Notes under the pieces: model-generated
Seen by the model: the letters and a program-made list of their open reading frames with translations, nothing else
What the model was told of the DNA's origin: nothing
Databases searched by the model: none
Part shown: piece after piece, positions 38,750-48,895 of the stretch
Numbering within the stretch: the first letter of the stretch is position 1
How the letters are laid out: each line of letters opens with the position of its first letter
DNA from: Bacillota bacterium
Lineage (GTDB): Bacteria > Bacillota > Dethiobacteria > DTU022
NCBI GenBank assembly: GCA_012797175.1
Contig: JAAZPQ010000194.1
Location: 294 to 64,293, forward strand
Length of the DNA stretch: 64,000 nt
Direction: 5' to 3'
Translations under genes and position numbers: made by a program

Positions 38750-40222
38750 ATGAAACTTTTTGAGATGACGGCACTGGAGCTAAGCCGGCTGCTGCAGAAA
38801 AAAGAGGTCAGCGCGGTAGAGGTAACACAAAGTTTCATGGAGCACGCCGAAGCGGTAGAACCGCAGGTGCGGGCTTATATTACCCGAACCTCGGAAACAG
38901 CTCTTGCCGAAGCAGAAGCGGTGGACGAAAAACGGAGACGGGGTGAAACGATGCCCCTCCTGGCCGGGGTTCCCCTGGCCGTAAAAGATAATATCTGTAC
39001 TGGTGGGGTGCGGACTACCTGTGGCTCCCGTTTTCTTGAAGAATATTTGCCTCCGGAAGATGCTACCGTGGTAAAAAAAGCCCGTGCGGCGGGCCTGCCC
39101 CTTATGGGGAAGACCAATCTTGATGAATTTGCCATGGGCTCTTCGACGGAAAACTCGGCTTTCTTCCCCACGCATAACCCCTGGGATCTTCAGCGAGTTC
39201 CCGGTGGCTCCAGCGGCGGCTCTGCTGCCGCGGTCGCTGCCGGGATGGCGCCGCTGGCCTTGGGCACCGATACCGGCGGTTCGGTGCGCCAGCCGGCCGC
39301 TTTCTGCGGCCTGGTCGGTTTGCGTCCTACTTACGGGCGGGTTTCCCGGGCGGGAGTGATGGCCCTGGCCTCATCGTTAGACCAGGCCGGCCTTTTGGCC
39401 CTGACTACGGCCGACGCGGCCTTGTTGTTAGGTTTGATTGCCGGGGAAGACCGGGACGATCCCACCTCGTCTTCAGAACCGGTTGCCGATTACCTTTCCA
39501 CCTTGCAAGAGGGTGTTAAAGGGCTGCGGGTAGGGCTGCTTACTGAAAATATGCCGGAGCATTTTGATCGGGAGATCATCGCCGCGGTTCATCGGGCTGC
39601 CGCGGTGCTGGCGGAGAACGGGGCGGTGGTCGAAGAGCTCTCCCTACCGCATACCGGCTCCAGCCTGGAAGTATATCACCTGCTCTGCGCCGCCGAGGCC
39701 TCCTCTAACCTCGGCCGTTTCGACGGGCTTAGATACGGCCGCAGCGCGCGGGGGGAGAATGTTGCCGAGATGTACAGCCGGACACGGGGTGAGGGTTTCG
39801 GACCGGAGGTAAAACGGCGTATTCTTCTGGGCACCTGTATTCTGCGCGAAAGCCGGTATGAATCCTATTATCTACAGGCCCTGCGCGTGCGTACTTTAAT
39901 CCGCCGTGACTACGAGGCCGCCCTTAACCGTTTTGACCTGTTACTCGGGGCGGTTACCCCAACAACCGCTTTTAAACTAGGCGAAAAGAAAGACGATCCC
40001 GTGGCCATGTACCATGCCGATATCTGCCTCTTGCCCGGGCCCCTGGCCGGTATCCCGGCCCTCTCCGTTCCCGGCGGACTTGGCTCGGGGGGGCTGCCTA
40101 TCGGGGTCCAGCTGACGGCGGCACCCTTTCGGGAAGAGATTCTTTTCCGGGCGGCACATCTTTTAGAACAGGAGCGCGGCCCGGGGCCCTTGCGCTCCCA
40201 GCTTTTACCGCCTGCGTCGTAG
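38750..40222 (+). CDS. gatA: Glutamyl-tRNA(Gln) amidotransferase subunit A (amidase signature family)
   Basis: GGSSGGSAAAVAAG amidase signature and the Ser-cisSer-Lys context. Confidence 0.9.
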   Translation: MKLFEMTALELSRLLQKKEVSAVEVTQSFMEHAEAVEPQVRAYITRTSETALAEAEAVDEKRRRGETMPLLAGVPLAVKDNICTGGVRTTCGSRFLEEYLPPEDATVVKKARAAGLPLMGKTNLDEFAMGSSTENSAFFPTHNPWDLQRVPGGSSGGSAAAVAAGMAPLALGTDTGGSVRQPAAFCGLVGLRPTYGRVSRAGVMALASSLDQAGLLALTTADAALLLGLIAGEDRDDPTSSSEPVADYLSTLQEGVKGLRVGLLTENMPEHFDREIIAAVHRAAAVLAENGAVVEELSLPHTGSSLEVYHLLCAAEASSNLGRFDGLRYGRSARGENVAEMYSRTRGEGFGPEVKRRILLGTCILRESRYESYYLQALRVRTLIRRDYEAALNRFDLLLGAVTPTTAFKLGEKKDDPVAMYHADICLLPGPLAGIPALSVPGGLGSGGLPIGVQLTAAPFREEILFRAAHLLEQERGPGPLRSQLLPPAS

Positions 40223-40236
40223 AAGGAGGTTTACCG

Positions 40237-41667
40237 ATGGAATACGAAGCGATAATCGGCTTGGAGATACATGTCGAGTTGCAGACACGCTCCAAAATAT
40301 TTTGCGGATGTAGCACTGCCTTTGGAGCTGAACCGAACACAAACTGCTGCCCGGGTTGCCTGGGACTGCCCGGGACCCTGCCGGTGCTGAACCGCCGCGC
40401 CGTGGAATATGCTGTCCTAGCGGCCCTGGCATTGAACTGCCAAGTGCAGGAGAAAAGTGTTTTTGCCAGGAAAAACTATTTTTATCCCGACCTGCCAAAA
40501 GCCTACCAGATTTCGCAGGACGAGCAACCGCTGGCCTGGGGAGGCTACCTTGAAATCGATTTTCCCGAAGGAAGCCGCCGAGTCAACCTGGAGCGGGTTC
40601 ACCTCGAAGAAGAGGCCGGCAAGCTCATTCATGCGGGGGATTCAATCATCAGCGCCGCTTACTCCCTGGTTGACTACAACCGGGCCGGAGTACCGCTGCT
40701 AGAGATTGTCACTGCCCCGGAGCTTTATTCAGGAAGGGAGGCGCGGCTCTTTCTGCAGGAGCTGCGGACGCTGTTGCGCTACATCGGCGTCTCCGATGTG
40801 AAGATGGAAGAGGGCTCTCTACGCTGCGATGCCAATATTTCACTTCGCCCGGTCGGAACGAAAGAGCTGGGCACCCGGGCAGAGGTAAAGAACTTAAATT
40901 CTTTCCGGGCGGTGGAGCAGGCTCTGAACTACGAGGCTGAACGACAGGCCATGATTCTCGCCCGCGGGGGCGAGATTATCCAGTCTACCTGCCACTGGGA
41001 TGACAGCCGTAAGGCTACCGTGGTAATGCGGCTGAAAGAAGGGACCGCGGACTACCGCTACTTTCCAGAGCCGGATCTGCCGCCGCTTATTCTGGAGCGA
41101 TCGTCTATTGAGGCGCTCAAGGAAAGGCTTCCCGAGCTACCCCGACAGAGGCGCCGCCGTTTGCAAGAACAATACGATCTTACAGCCGAAGAGGCGGCCG
41201 TAATGACCGATTCCTGCGAGATGGCCGACTTTTTTGAGAAGGCGGCCGCAAGTTATCCTGACTACCGCAATTTGGTCAACTGGGTACTGGGAGATCTAAT
41301 CTACCAGCTTCGTGAAGCCGGGAAAGAGGTTGCTCAGCTCTCTCCCGCGCTGCTGATTGAGCTGCTCGAACTGTTCGACGCTGGTGAAATCAATCGCCCC
41401 GTAGCCAAGGAGCTTCTGGCGGAGATGATCAGAAGCGGCGCGTCACCCCGTCAAATGGTCCGGCAGCGGGGCCTGGGAAAAATATCGGGGCGGGAGGAGC
41501 TGGCTCCTCTGGTAGAACAGGTTATTGCCGAAAACCCCGATGCAGTGGAAAACTATCGCAAAGGAAAGAAGAAGGCGCTGGCCTTCCTTGTCGGCAAAGT
41601 GATGGCCTTAACTAGGGGCCGGGCCGACCCGCAGGAGTTAAACCGTCTTTTTGAGGAGAAGATTTAG
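40237..41667 (+). CDS. gatB: Asp/Glu-tRNA amidotransferase subunit B
   Basis: N-terminus MEYEAIIGLEIHVELQT... and a C-terminal GatB/YqeY domain. Confidence 0.9.
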   Translation: MEYEAIIGLEIHVELQTRSKIFCGCSTAFGAEPNTNCCPGCLGLPGTLPVLNRRAVEYAVLAALALNCQVQEKSVFARKNYFYPDLPKAYQISQDEQPLAWGGYLEIDFPEGSRRVNLERVHLEEEAGKLIHAGDSIISAAYSLVDYNRAGVPLLEIVTAPELYSGREARLFLQELRTLLRYIGVSDVKMEEGSLRCDANISLRPVGTKELGTRAEVKNLNSFRAVEQALNYEAERQAMILARGGEIIQSTCHWDDSRKATVVMRLKEGTADYRYFPEPDLPPLILERSSIEALKERLPELPRQRRRRLQEQYDLTAEEAAVMTDSCEMADFFEKAAASYPDYRNLVNWVLGDLIYQLREAGKEVAQLSPALLIELLELFDAGEINRPVAKELLAEMIRSGASPRQMVRQRGLGKISGREELAPLVEQVIAENPDAVENYRKGKKKALAFLVGKVMALTRGRADPQELNRLFEEKI

Positions 41668-41856
41668 GGTATACCGGGCGCTTTCTTGTCGGAACATTTC
41701 TGTTTGTACTCCGGGGGCTGTCCTAAGGACAGCCCTTCCTGCTCGGCTCTATCCAGTTATATCAGAACCCCCTTAGACTCCCTCTCTCCGCCGGGAGGAG
41801 GGTGGGGGTAAGATGTTACCACAATAGGGGATAGAGAACCCGTTCCCTGTAGTCCC

Positions 41857-43491
41857 CTATTTTTCAAGAAGCTCTAACCGACGGCGGCGCTGCTCCTCGA
41901 TGGCCAGGTCTTTACGGAGAAACTTTCCGACGTTTGTTTTGGGCAATTCGCTGCGGAATTCAACCTGGCGGGGCACTTTATACTTGATCATCCGGGGCCG
42001 GCAGAATTCGATAATCTCCTCCGGGGTAGCCTCGGCCCCATCTTTGAGCACTATAAACGCCTTCACTACTTCGCCGAAAAACTTTTCAGGAATGCCAATA
42101 CAGACTGCTTCGGCGACTTTGGGATGTTCGTAGAGCACCTCTTCTACTTCTCTGGGGTAGATTTTATTTCCGCCGTAGATAATCATATCTTTTTTCCGGT
42201 CAACAATATAAAAATAGCCGTCTTCATCCATCCGGGCGATATCACCGGTATAAAGCCAGCCGTTTTTCAGGGTACTAGCGGTATCATTAGGCCGGTTCCA
42301 GTAACCTTTCATTATTTGCGGTCCCTTAATTATTAGCTCGCCTTCTTCGCCGATAGGCAGCTCCCGCTCTCCATCGTCAGGGTCAACAATTTTACAGTCA
42401 GTATCCGGATAGGGTATTCCGATACTGCCTGGCTTGCGCACTCCGAGGAAGGGATTACTATGGGTTATCGGTGAAGTTTCTGAGAGGCCGTAGCCTTCCA
42501 GGATACTGGAACCGGTGATCTGTTCAAACTGCTCAATTGCCTCCACCGGCATCGGTGCGGCACCGCTGATGCAGACATCGATCGAATCGAGGTCGTAATT
42601 TTGCACCTCGGGGTGGTTCATCAAGGCCATAAAAGCGGTTGGCACTCCTGGAAATATAACCGGTTTGTATTGTTGTATCAGGTAAAAAATCAGATCGGCG
42701 TTAAACTGCGGCACCAGAAGCAAACCGGCAGGTATGGTCAGCCCTACATTCAGGCACACGGTCATCCCGTATGAGTGAAAGAAAGGCAACAGGCCCATGC
42801 TATAAACTTCTTTTCCGCCGAACTTCTTTAACCATTCACGTAGTATCTCCGCGGTCATCTCCGCATTGGCGACCAGGTTATAATGAGTCAGCATGGCCCC
42901 TTTAGGGAAACCGGTGGTCCCTCCGGTATATTGCAGTACGGCCAGATCTTCTTCGGGGTTAATCTCCACATCGGGAGGATTGGGTTCATGCTGCTGTAGA
43001 ATATCGTCGAACGGCCTGGCGTTGACATTGATTTTCTCCCCGGTTAGGGGAACGACGATCAAGTTCTCAATATCCTGGTCCAACATGGCCTGCTCGATAG
43101 TTTGAAAAACTGCATCGGCGGCGATAAGCACCCTTGCATTTGAATCCCGAACAATAAAGCTTAATTCTCTGGCGGTTAAGAGAGGGTTAAGCTGGGCTAC
43201 AACCAGCCCCTGCCTCATGGCGGCAAAATAGCAGTAGACATAAGCGAAACAGTTGGGGAGCATCAGGGCGATGCGGTCACCTTTTTGCAACCCCATCGCG
43301 GTAAAGGCGGCCGCCATCCGGTCTATATTTTCCATCATCTCCCGGTAAGTGACCCGGTCGGCGATAAAAATAAGCGCGGTTCGGTTAGGATACTGGTCTG
43401 CTACCTTTTTCAGGTAATGGTAGAGTGATATTTTAGGGTAATCGAGCGTTGATCGTGTTGGATAGTTCTTTAGCCAGAGACGGGTGTCCAT
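41857..43491 (-). CDS. Long-chain fatty acid--CoA ligase (AMP-binding enzyme family)
   Basis: YTGGTTGFPKGAMLTH AMP-binding motif; 544 aa. Confidence 0.85.
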   Translation of the reverse strand: MDTRLWLKNYPTRSTLDYPKISLYHYLKKVADQYPNRTALIFIADRVTYREMMENIDRMAAAFTAMGLQKGDRIALMLPNCFAYVYCYFAAMRQGLVVAQLNPLLTARELSFIVRDSNARVLIAADAVFQTIEQAMLDQDIENLIVVPLTGEKINVNARPFDDILQQHEPNPPDVEINPEEDLAVLQYTGGTTGFPKGAMLTHYNLVANAEMTAEILREWLKKFGGKEVYSMGLLPFFHSYGMTVCLNVGLTIPAGLLLVPQFNADLIFYLIQQYKPVIFPGVPTAFMALMNHPEVQNYDLDSIDVCISGAAPMPVEAIEQFEQITGSSILEGYGLSETSPITHSNPFLGVRKPGSIGIPYPDTDCKIVDPDDGERELPIGEEGELIIKGPQIMKGYWNRPNDTASTLKNGWLYTGDIARMDEDGYFYIVDRKKDMIIYGGNKIYPREVEEVLYEHPKVAEAVCIGIPEKFFGEVVKAFIVLKDGAEATPEEIIEFCRPRMIKYKVPRQVEFRSELPKTNVGKFLRKDLAIEEQRRRRLELLEK

Positions 43492-43717
43492 GTTGAAACC
43501 TCCTTAACAAGTTTACCAAAATTACGTCAGACAATAATATATTTCCGCAAGAATTTAATAATTCCTGCAATTATTCCTGCACTTGTTATTATAAAGAACT
43601 AAAAAGTAGGCAAACAGAAGAGCTGCCTCCCGGGGCCACTTTTAGTATAGACAAAGCTGTCAGATAATTATATTATATAAAACAAGTAAATATATTTTAA
43701 CAAGAAGGGGTGAAACG

Positions 43718-45142
43718 GTGGCTACAGCAGTTAACGGGTGGAGCTTTATCCTTCTGTTTGCTTACCTGAGCATCGCTTTATTGCTCGCTACTTTTTTAAG
43801 AAAGCAGTTTCTCTTTTTGCAGCGCTTGATGATTCCCAATGCGATTATCGCCGGCCTGATCGTACTATTATGCAGCGGGCAGCTTTTTGGGATTATCCAG
43901 ATTTCTTTGGATCAGCTCAACCTGACAGTTTATCATCTTATAACCGGAATTTTTATTTTGATTGGTCTAAGGGAACCCCGTTGCAAGGATAACCGGGCAG
44001 TATTTACTACGACCATGATTATCGGCCAGGGTTACGCCCTTCTAGCCGTGGTCGGTTGTCTCTTTACCCTGATCTGGATCGGGGTGCTGTTCCCGAATTT
44101 TTACCCTTCTTTCTCCATGCTGCCGCTGCTCGGTTTTGGCTTTGATCAGATCATCGCTGCGGGCATCGGTTTACAATGGGAGCAGGTCGGTTTCATCGGG
44201 GGCGGCCGTGCCGGTTTTTCTTTCGGAGTGATGGGTCTTTTCTGGGCTTATTTGGGAGGCACCATTATGGTTCTCTGGTTGCGCAAGCGGCAACAGAAGA
44301 ATGGCTTGGTAAATTCGATCAGTCGCGAGGCCCAAGAAGGGATTATTCCTCGGGAAACTGAAAAGCCGGCCGGAGGATACCTGACTACCGCACCTGAAGC
44401 GATGGAATCCCTGACTTTACACCTGGCTTTAATCGGCTTTCTTTACCTGATAGCTTTTTCCGGAACAAACCAGCTCAGCGCCTGGTTGGCACAGTTTGGT
44501 AATGTCGGTCAGCTCCTTGGAGAATTTCTGTGGAGCTATAACTTTCTAATCGGTCTTCTTTTAGGTTACCTGGGCCGTATAGTAATTAACTGGCTTGAGT
44601 TGGGTTATCTTTTCGACAGCGGGACCATGCAAAGAATCTCCGGGGCCATGGTTGATTACATGATTACCGCTGCCCTGGCGGCGGTACCGCTGTTGATTTA
44701 TGTAGACTACTGGCCTGAAGTGGTCATTTTATCGCTAATCAGCGGTGTGGCCGTGGTACTTTTTGTGTATTTTACCTCTTATAAAATGCATACCGATCAT
44801 CATCTGACCAGATGCGTGTCGACATTCGGTTATCTTACCGGGACGATCGCTTCAGGATTAGCCCTGCTGCGCATGGTTGATCCTGAACTGGAATCCCCTG
44901 CGGCTGAGGAGCTAGCCTGTGCCGGCGGGCTTTCTCTTCTGATCGGTCTTCCGCTTTTTGTATTGATTAATTACCCCTTATATGGAGCCGACAGACCGCT
45001 GCCCTCTCTCCTGATCACGCTGAGCCTATTTGCTGGGTACGGCCTGCTGCTCTTTTTGATCTGGTTTTTCTGGAACCGGCGGATCGGAAAAAGTAAAAAA
45101 TCCGTTCACTCAACTGCGGGCAGCCAGGGTCCGACCCCGTAA
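43718..45142 (+). CDS. Sodium/glutamate symporter family (GltS-like) transporter
   Basis: Polytopic 474-aa protein whose N-terminal topology and motifs resemble the GltS/ESS family. Moderate confidence only. Confidence 0.5.
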   Translation: MATAVNGWSFILLFAYLSIALLLATFLRKQFLFLQRLMIPNAIIAGLIVLLCSGQLFGIIQISLDQLNLTVYHLITGIFILIGLREPRCKDNRAVFTTTMIIGQGYALLAVVGCLFTLIWIGVLFPNFYPSFSMLPLLGFGFDQIIAAGIGLQWEQVGFIGGGRAGFSFGVMGLFWAYLGGTIMVLWLRKRQQKNGLVNSISREAQEGIIPRETEKPAGGYLTTAPEAMESLTLHLALIGFLYLIAFSGTNQLSAWLAQFGNVGQLLGEFLWSYNFLIGLLLGYLGRIVINWLELGYLFDSGTMQRISGAMVDYMITAALAAVPLLIYVDYWPEVVILSLISGVAVVLFVYFTSYKMHTDHHLTRCVSTFGYLTGTIASGLALLRMVDPELESPAAEELACAGGLSLLIGLPLFVLINYPLYGADRPLPSLLITLSLFAGYGLLLFLIWFFWNRRIGKSKKSVHSTAGSQGPTP

Positions 45143-45298
45143 TTTCAACAGTTTTCCAGCAAATCCGGAGGGGCTTCTTCGCAAGGGAAGCCCCTTAGAA
45201 ATTCAAGCCCGAGATAGCAGCAGGTTTTAGGTTTCTTCTGACGAATTACTTTTAAACAGGCAGATGTTATTCTAAAGGGGTGAAGGTATCAGTGAAGC

Positions 45299-45444
45299 GG
45301 AAAGGATTAGGAGGCGTACTTTTAGGGGTTTGGCTGATTGCCAAAGGTCTTTTACCATATTTGACCTTAACTATCCCCTACCAGGAGACGATCTTATCTG
45401 CCCTGGCGGTGGCCGCCGGTATTTTAATTATTATAGAGCGCTAA
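45299..45444 (+). CDS. Small hydrophobic protein (about 48 aa, two predicted TM helices)
   Basis: A GTG ORF not in the track (under 60 aa). RBS AAAGGGGTGAAGG; no homology recognised. Confidence 0.25.
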
Positions 45445-45457
45445 GGGGCAGTTCTGG

Positions 45458-46528
45458 ATGAAGATATTACATACGGCAGATCTACACCTTTGTGAAGGCG
45501 CTGCCGAACGGTGGGCCGCGTTGGAGAAACTTGCCGACCTGGCCCGGGAGAAAGGTGCTGCAGTTATGGCCATCTCCGGCGACCTTTTTGATCAGCATGT
45601 TGATGCGGCGCTTCTCCGGCCCCGGCTGCGGAAAATATTTAGGGCGGGGGATTTTATCACGGTGATCCTCCCCGGTAACCATGATCATAGCGTTTATCAA
45701 GGCGGCCTTTTTTTTGGCGAGGGGGTCAGGGTGATCCGTGATTGGAGAGAGCCGGTTGAAGTTGATGGAGTTAGATTCTGGGGGCTGCCTTTTGAACCGC
45801 TGGATAGCGCTGCACTGGTTCTCAGGCTACAAAATCTAGCTGGCCTGATACCGGCAGAGGGAACCGATATCTTGCTTTATCATGGGGAGCTTCTCGATGC
45901 CTTCTATGCGCGGGAGGAGCTCGGCGATGAGGGCAACAAGCGCTATATGCCGGCCCGGCTCGATTATTTCCGGATTCTTCCTGTAAGCTGTATCCTGGCG
46001 GGCCACTTTCATAGTCGCTTTGCTGCCTGGGAACTGGGTCCGGGGCGCTTTTTTGTTTACCCGGGCTCGCCTGTCGCGGTAACGCGCCGTGAAATCGGGC
46101 CGCGCAAAGCTCATCTTTGGCAAGAAGGAGCTTCCCCTGAGGAGATAGTTCTCGATACCTTTCACTTTGTCGAGATGAGGCTAATCTTAGATCCCTTTGA
46201 CCGGGAAGAGGCCGATCCGGTCACCGTGCTCCGGCAGCGGTTGGCCGGCCTGCATCCAAAAGCGCGGCTCTTGCTAAGCGTGCAGGGGTTCTACGATGGG
46301 CAGAAATCCGGTTACAGCGAAGTAGAGCTGGTCGATGCGCTGAAAGAGGCTGCTGGTGAGAGGCTCTACGGTGAGCCGGAATTTAGCTTTATGGATATCA
46401 GGCAGGTTCTGGAAGATCCTTTGTTCCAAGCTTTTCATCAAAAATTGACCGCGGCAGACTACCCTGTGGAACAGAAGAAGCAGATCCGGAGGGCGGCAAT
46501 CCGGGCGATGATGGAGGTGCGGGCATGA
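45458..46528 (+). CDS. DNA repair exonuclease, SbcD/Mre11-like metallophosphoesterase (YhaO-like)
   Basis: MKILHTADLHL, GDLFD and LPGNHDH phosphoesterase motifs. Its stop overlaps the start of the next gene (ATGA). Confidence 0.75.
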   Translation: MKILHTADLHLCEGAAERWAALEKLADLAREKGAAVMAISGDLFDQHVDAALLRPRLRKIFRAGDFITVILPGNHDHSVYQGGLFFGEGVRVIRDWREPVEVDGVRFWGLPFEPLDSAALVLRLQNLAGLIPAEGTDILLYHGELLDAFYAREELGDEGNKRYMPARLDYFRILPVSCILAGHFHSRFAAWELGPGRFFVYPGSPVAVTRREIGPRKAHLWQEGASPEEIVLDTFHFVEMRLILDPFDREEADPVTVLRQRLAGLHPKARLLLSVQGFYDGQKSGYSEVELVDALKEAAGERLYGEPEFSFMDIRQVLEDPLFQAFHQKLTAADYPVEQKKQIRRAAIRAMMEVRA

Positions 46529-48843
46529 GGATCAGCGAGTTTTCTCTACAGCGTTACGGGCCCCTTTTAGAAAGCGGGCGCCGAAAGCTGGGCCGGTTTA
46601 ACCTTTTTTACGGCCCCAATGAGGACGGAAAAACCCTGACCATAGATGCTCTGGTCAAGCTGTTGCTAGGCAGGGGCCTGCGCCTTTTTAACGCAATTAA
46701 CCGGGTTGACGAATCGCCGGAAGGCTACCTGGTTCTTGAACATAAGGGGGCCGTGCTGAAGCTGCCCGAAGCTGGTTTCCTCCCCGGGTTGCTGCAGATA
46801 AGCCCCGAAGAATGCCGGAATATCTTTGTGGTCCGTGACAGTGACCTGGCCCTGGCCAGGGAGAGCGATTTTTACAGGGGCGTAGCTCACCGCCTGACCG
46901 GGCTGCACAGCGCGGAGATCGGGGAGATCACGGGAAAACTTCGGGAGCTGGGCCGGCTGACCCCGGGCCACGACTTTCAGAATACCAGCCCCTTGAAGCT
47001 AAAGAGCAATCTTCGGAAAGCAGGCGCGCTGGTAGATTCAATGGGCGGCCTCGTCGAGCGCCTGGAGCGGGACGGTTACGACCGGGCAGAGCAGCGACTG
47101 GTCGATCTGAAGAGACAGCTGTGCGAGAAGGAACAGCGACTGGAGCAGCTCGAGGCTGCCCGTAAGCGGGAGCTCTTTGAAAAGGGGAGCAGCGCCTTAA
47201 AGATCCTGCGAAGTACTCTTGAAAAAATTGCCGCGTTGCGAGATTTTAATTCGGCAGACGAAGCCAGATGGCAGCATCTCCTGGATAATCTTGCCGGGAA
47301 TCAGGAAAGAGAAAAGCGGCTACGTGAAGAGCTGGCCCGCGAAGAGGAGTTGGCCCGTCGCGCTGCCGGCAGGGTGAAGATTGCCACGGCTGCGGTAGAG
47401 GAGTACCTGCAGAGAAAGGAGCTTCTCGTCGATAGAGTGACACCATTACTGAAACAATCGGCCGAACTGAGTTGCACCTTGAAGAAAAAAGAGCCTGCCA
47501 GCAGGCGCCGCTTTCTGGGCCGGACCGCTATTTTTTCAGCGCTACTCTTTCTACTGGCCTTAGCCGGGCTGTTACTCCGGCCGTCCTGGTGGCTTTACCT
47601 GTTTTTAGCTGCCAGCGGCGGAATACTCCTTTATTATGGCTGGCTTAAGATCGACCTGCTGCGGGAGCGGGGAGCTCTCGCGGAGATCAACCGGGAGCTT
47701 GCCTTCGAGGCGGCCAGGCTGGGCTTTGATGCATCCGATCCGGTTGAGCTTCAGACGGCTATTGATGAATTTTACCGTGGCCTGGAGGCAGCAGAAAAGC
47801 AGTTGAGTGAAGCGGATAAAGAGGCGGCTGTCCGGAAAAATATCTGTGAGCGGCTCGCCTCCGAACTGGATGGATTACTCCGTCAGATCGACGCTGACCG
47901 GAGATCACTGCGCCAGTTGAAAGAGAAGTTGCAGGTTGATACGATCGAGGCTTACCGGGAAAAAATGCGTCTAAAAAGAGATCTGCTAAGCAAGATTGAC
48001 CGGCAGAAGGCGATTTTAGAAAGCCACTTCGGAGATGCCGAAGCGGGGGCGAATCTTGAAAAGGCGCTTGCTGCCTGGCAGAAAGAGCTCTCCTGTTATT
48101 TGCCCTTCCGCGAAAAGGCCCTGGGGCTTTCGTACAGCGAAGAGCAGGCGGCCAACCTGAAAAGTGAGCGGGAGCTGCTCCTCGAGAAGAGAGACACTTT
48201 GGGATACCGGTTGGAGCAGTATCGCGACGAGCTGCGGCTAATTGAAAAAGAGCTCAATGAGATCTTGAACCTGTTCGGTAGAAGTTACCTTCCCTGCCAG
48301 ACGATCCCGGATCTGAGAAAGGCTGTCGAAGAATTAAGCTGCTGGGTCAGTGCCCAGAAAGAGAAGAAGGGGGCTGCGGAGGCGGCGATTAAAATTTTCA
48401 ATGAAATTAAACTGGAAGAAGAAATAAAGATCGGGGAGCTTTTTGACAAAGAGAGCTCCGTGAGTGATTATTACCGCCGCATCACCGGAAACCGCTACCA
48501 GGAGGTGCTCTTTGACAGTGAAAACAAAGAGATCATGGTGCGCTGCCAGGACGGATCGTCCCTGGCAGCCTCAAAGCTTTCCGGGGGCGCCTACGACCAG
48601 CTCTATTTTGCAATCCGCCTGGCACTCGGTGAAAAACTGCTTCACGGTGAAAAAGGTTTTTTTATCCTCGACGATCCTTTTATCAAGGCCGATCCGCACC
48701 GGCTGGCCATCCAGCTGGAGATGCTTAAAACAGCTGTCTCCCGGGGCTGGCAGGTACTCTATTTTAGTGCCAAGGGTGAAGTAAAGGAGGCGCTGCAAAA
48801 AGAGATTAACCGCGGCCTGGTCAAGCTCTTCACGGTTAGCTAA
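46525..48843 (+). CDS. SbcC/RecN-like AAA ATPase with a long coiled coil interrupted by two TM helices (YhaN-like)
   Basis: N-terminal Walker A FYGPNEDGKT. C-terminal signature KLSGGAYDQ, Walker B FFILDDP and D-loop. The central coiled coil contains the hydrophobic hairpin AIFSALLFLLALAGLLL...WWLYLFLAASGGILLYYGWL. Confidence 0.7.
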   Translation: MRISEFSLQRYGPLLESGRRKLGRFNLFYGPNEDGKTLTIDALVKLLLGRGLRLFNAINRVDESPEGYLVLEHKGAVLKLPEAGFLPGLLQISPEECRNIFVVRDSDLALARESDFYRGVAHRLTGLHSAEIGEITGKLRELGRLTPGHDFQNTSPLKLKSNLRKAGALVDSMGGLVERLERDGYDRAEQRLVDLKRQLCEKEQRLEQLEAARKRELFEKGSSALKILRSTLEKIAALRDFNSADEARWQHLLDNLAGNQEREKRLREELAREEELARRAAGRVKIATAAVEEYLQRKELLVDRVTPLLKQSAELSCTLKKKEPASRRRFLGRTAIFSALLFLLALAGLLLRPSWWLYLFLAASGGILLYYGWLKIDLLRERGALAEINRELAFEAARLGFDASDPVELQTAIDEFYRGLEAAEKQLSEADKEAAVRKNICERLASELDGLLRQIDADRRSLRQLKEKLQVDTIEAYREKMRLKRDLLSKIDRQKAILESHFGDAEAGANLEKALAAWQKELSCYLPFREKALGLSYSEEQAANLKSERELLLEKRDTLGYRLEQYRDELRLIEKELNEILNLFGRSYLPCQTIPDLRKAVEELSCWVSAQKEKKGAAEAAIKIFNEIKLEEEIKIGELFDKESSVSDYYRRITGNRYQEVLFDSENKEIMVRCQDGSSLAASKLSGGAYDQLYFAIRLALGEKLLHGEKGFFILDDPFIKADPHRLAIQLEMLKTAVSRGWQVLYFSAKGEVKEALQKEINRGLVKLFTVS

Positions 48844-48895
48844 TCTTAGAATTGGGCATCATAATTCGCTTGGACTCTGCGGGGGGAATAATTAT

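Noticed and set aside
41668-41856. Stem-loops between gatB and fadD considered as a possible small RNA.
   Set aside because: They are best explained as convergent terminators (aatagggga...tcccctatt + TTTT for gatCAB, and a GC hairpin gggggctgtcc...ggacagccc). No conserved ncRNA motif was recognised.
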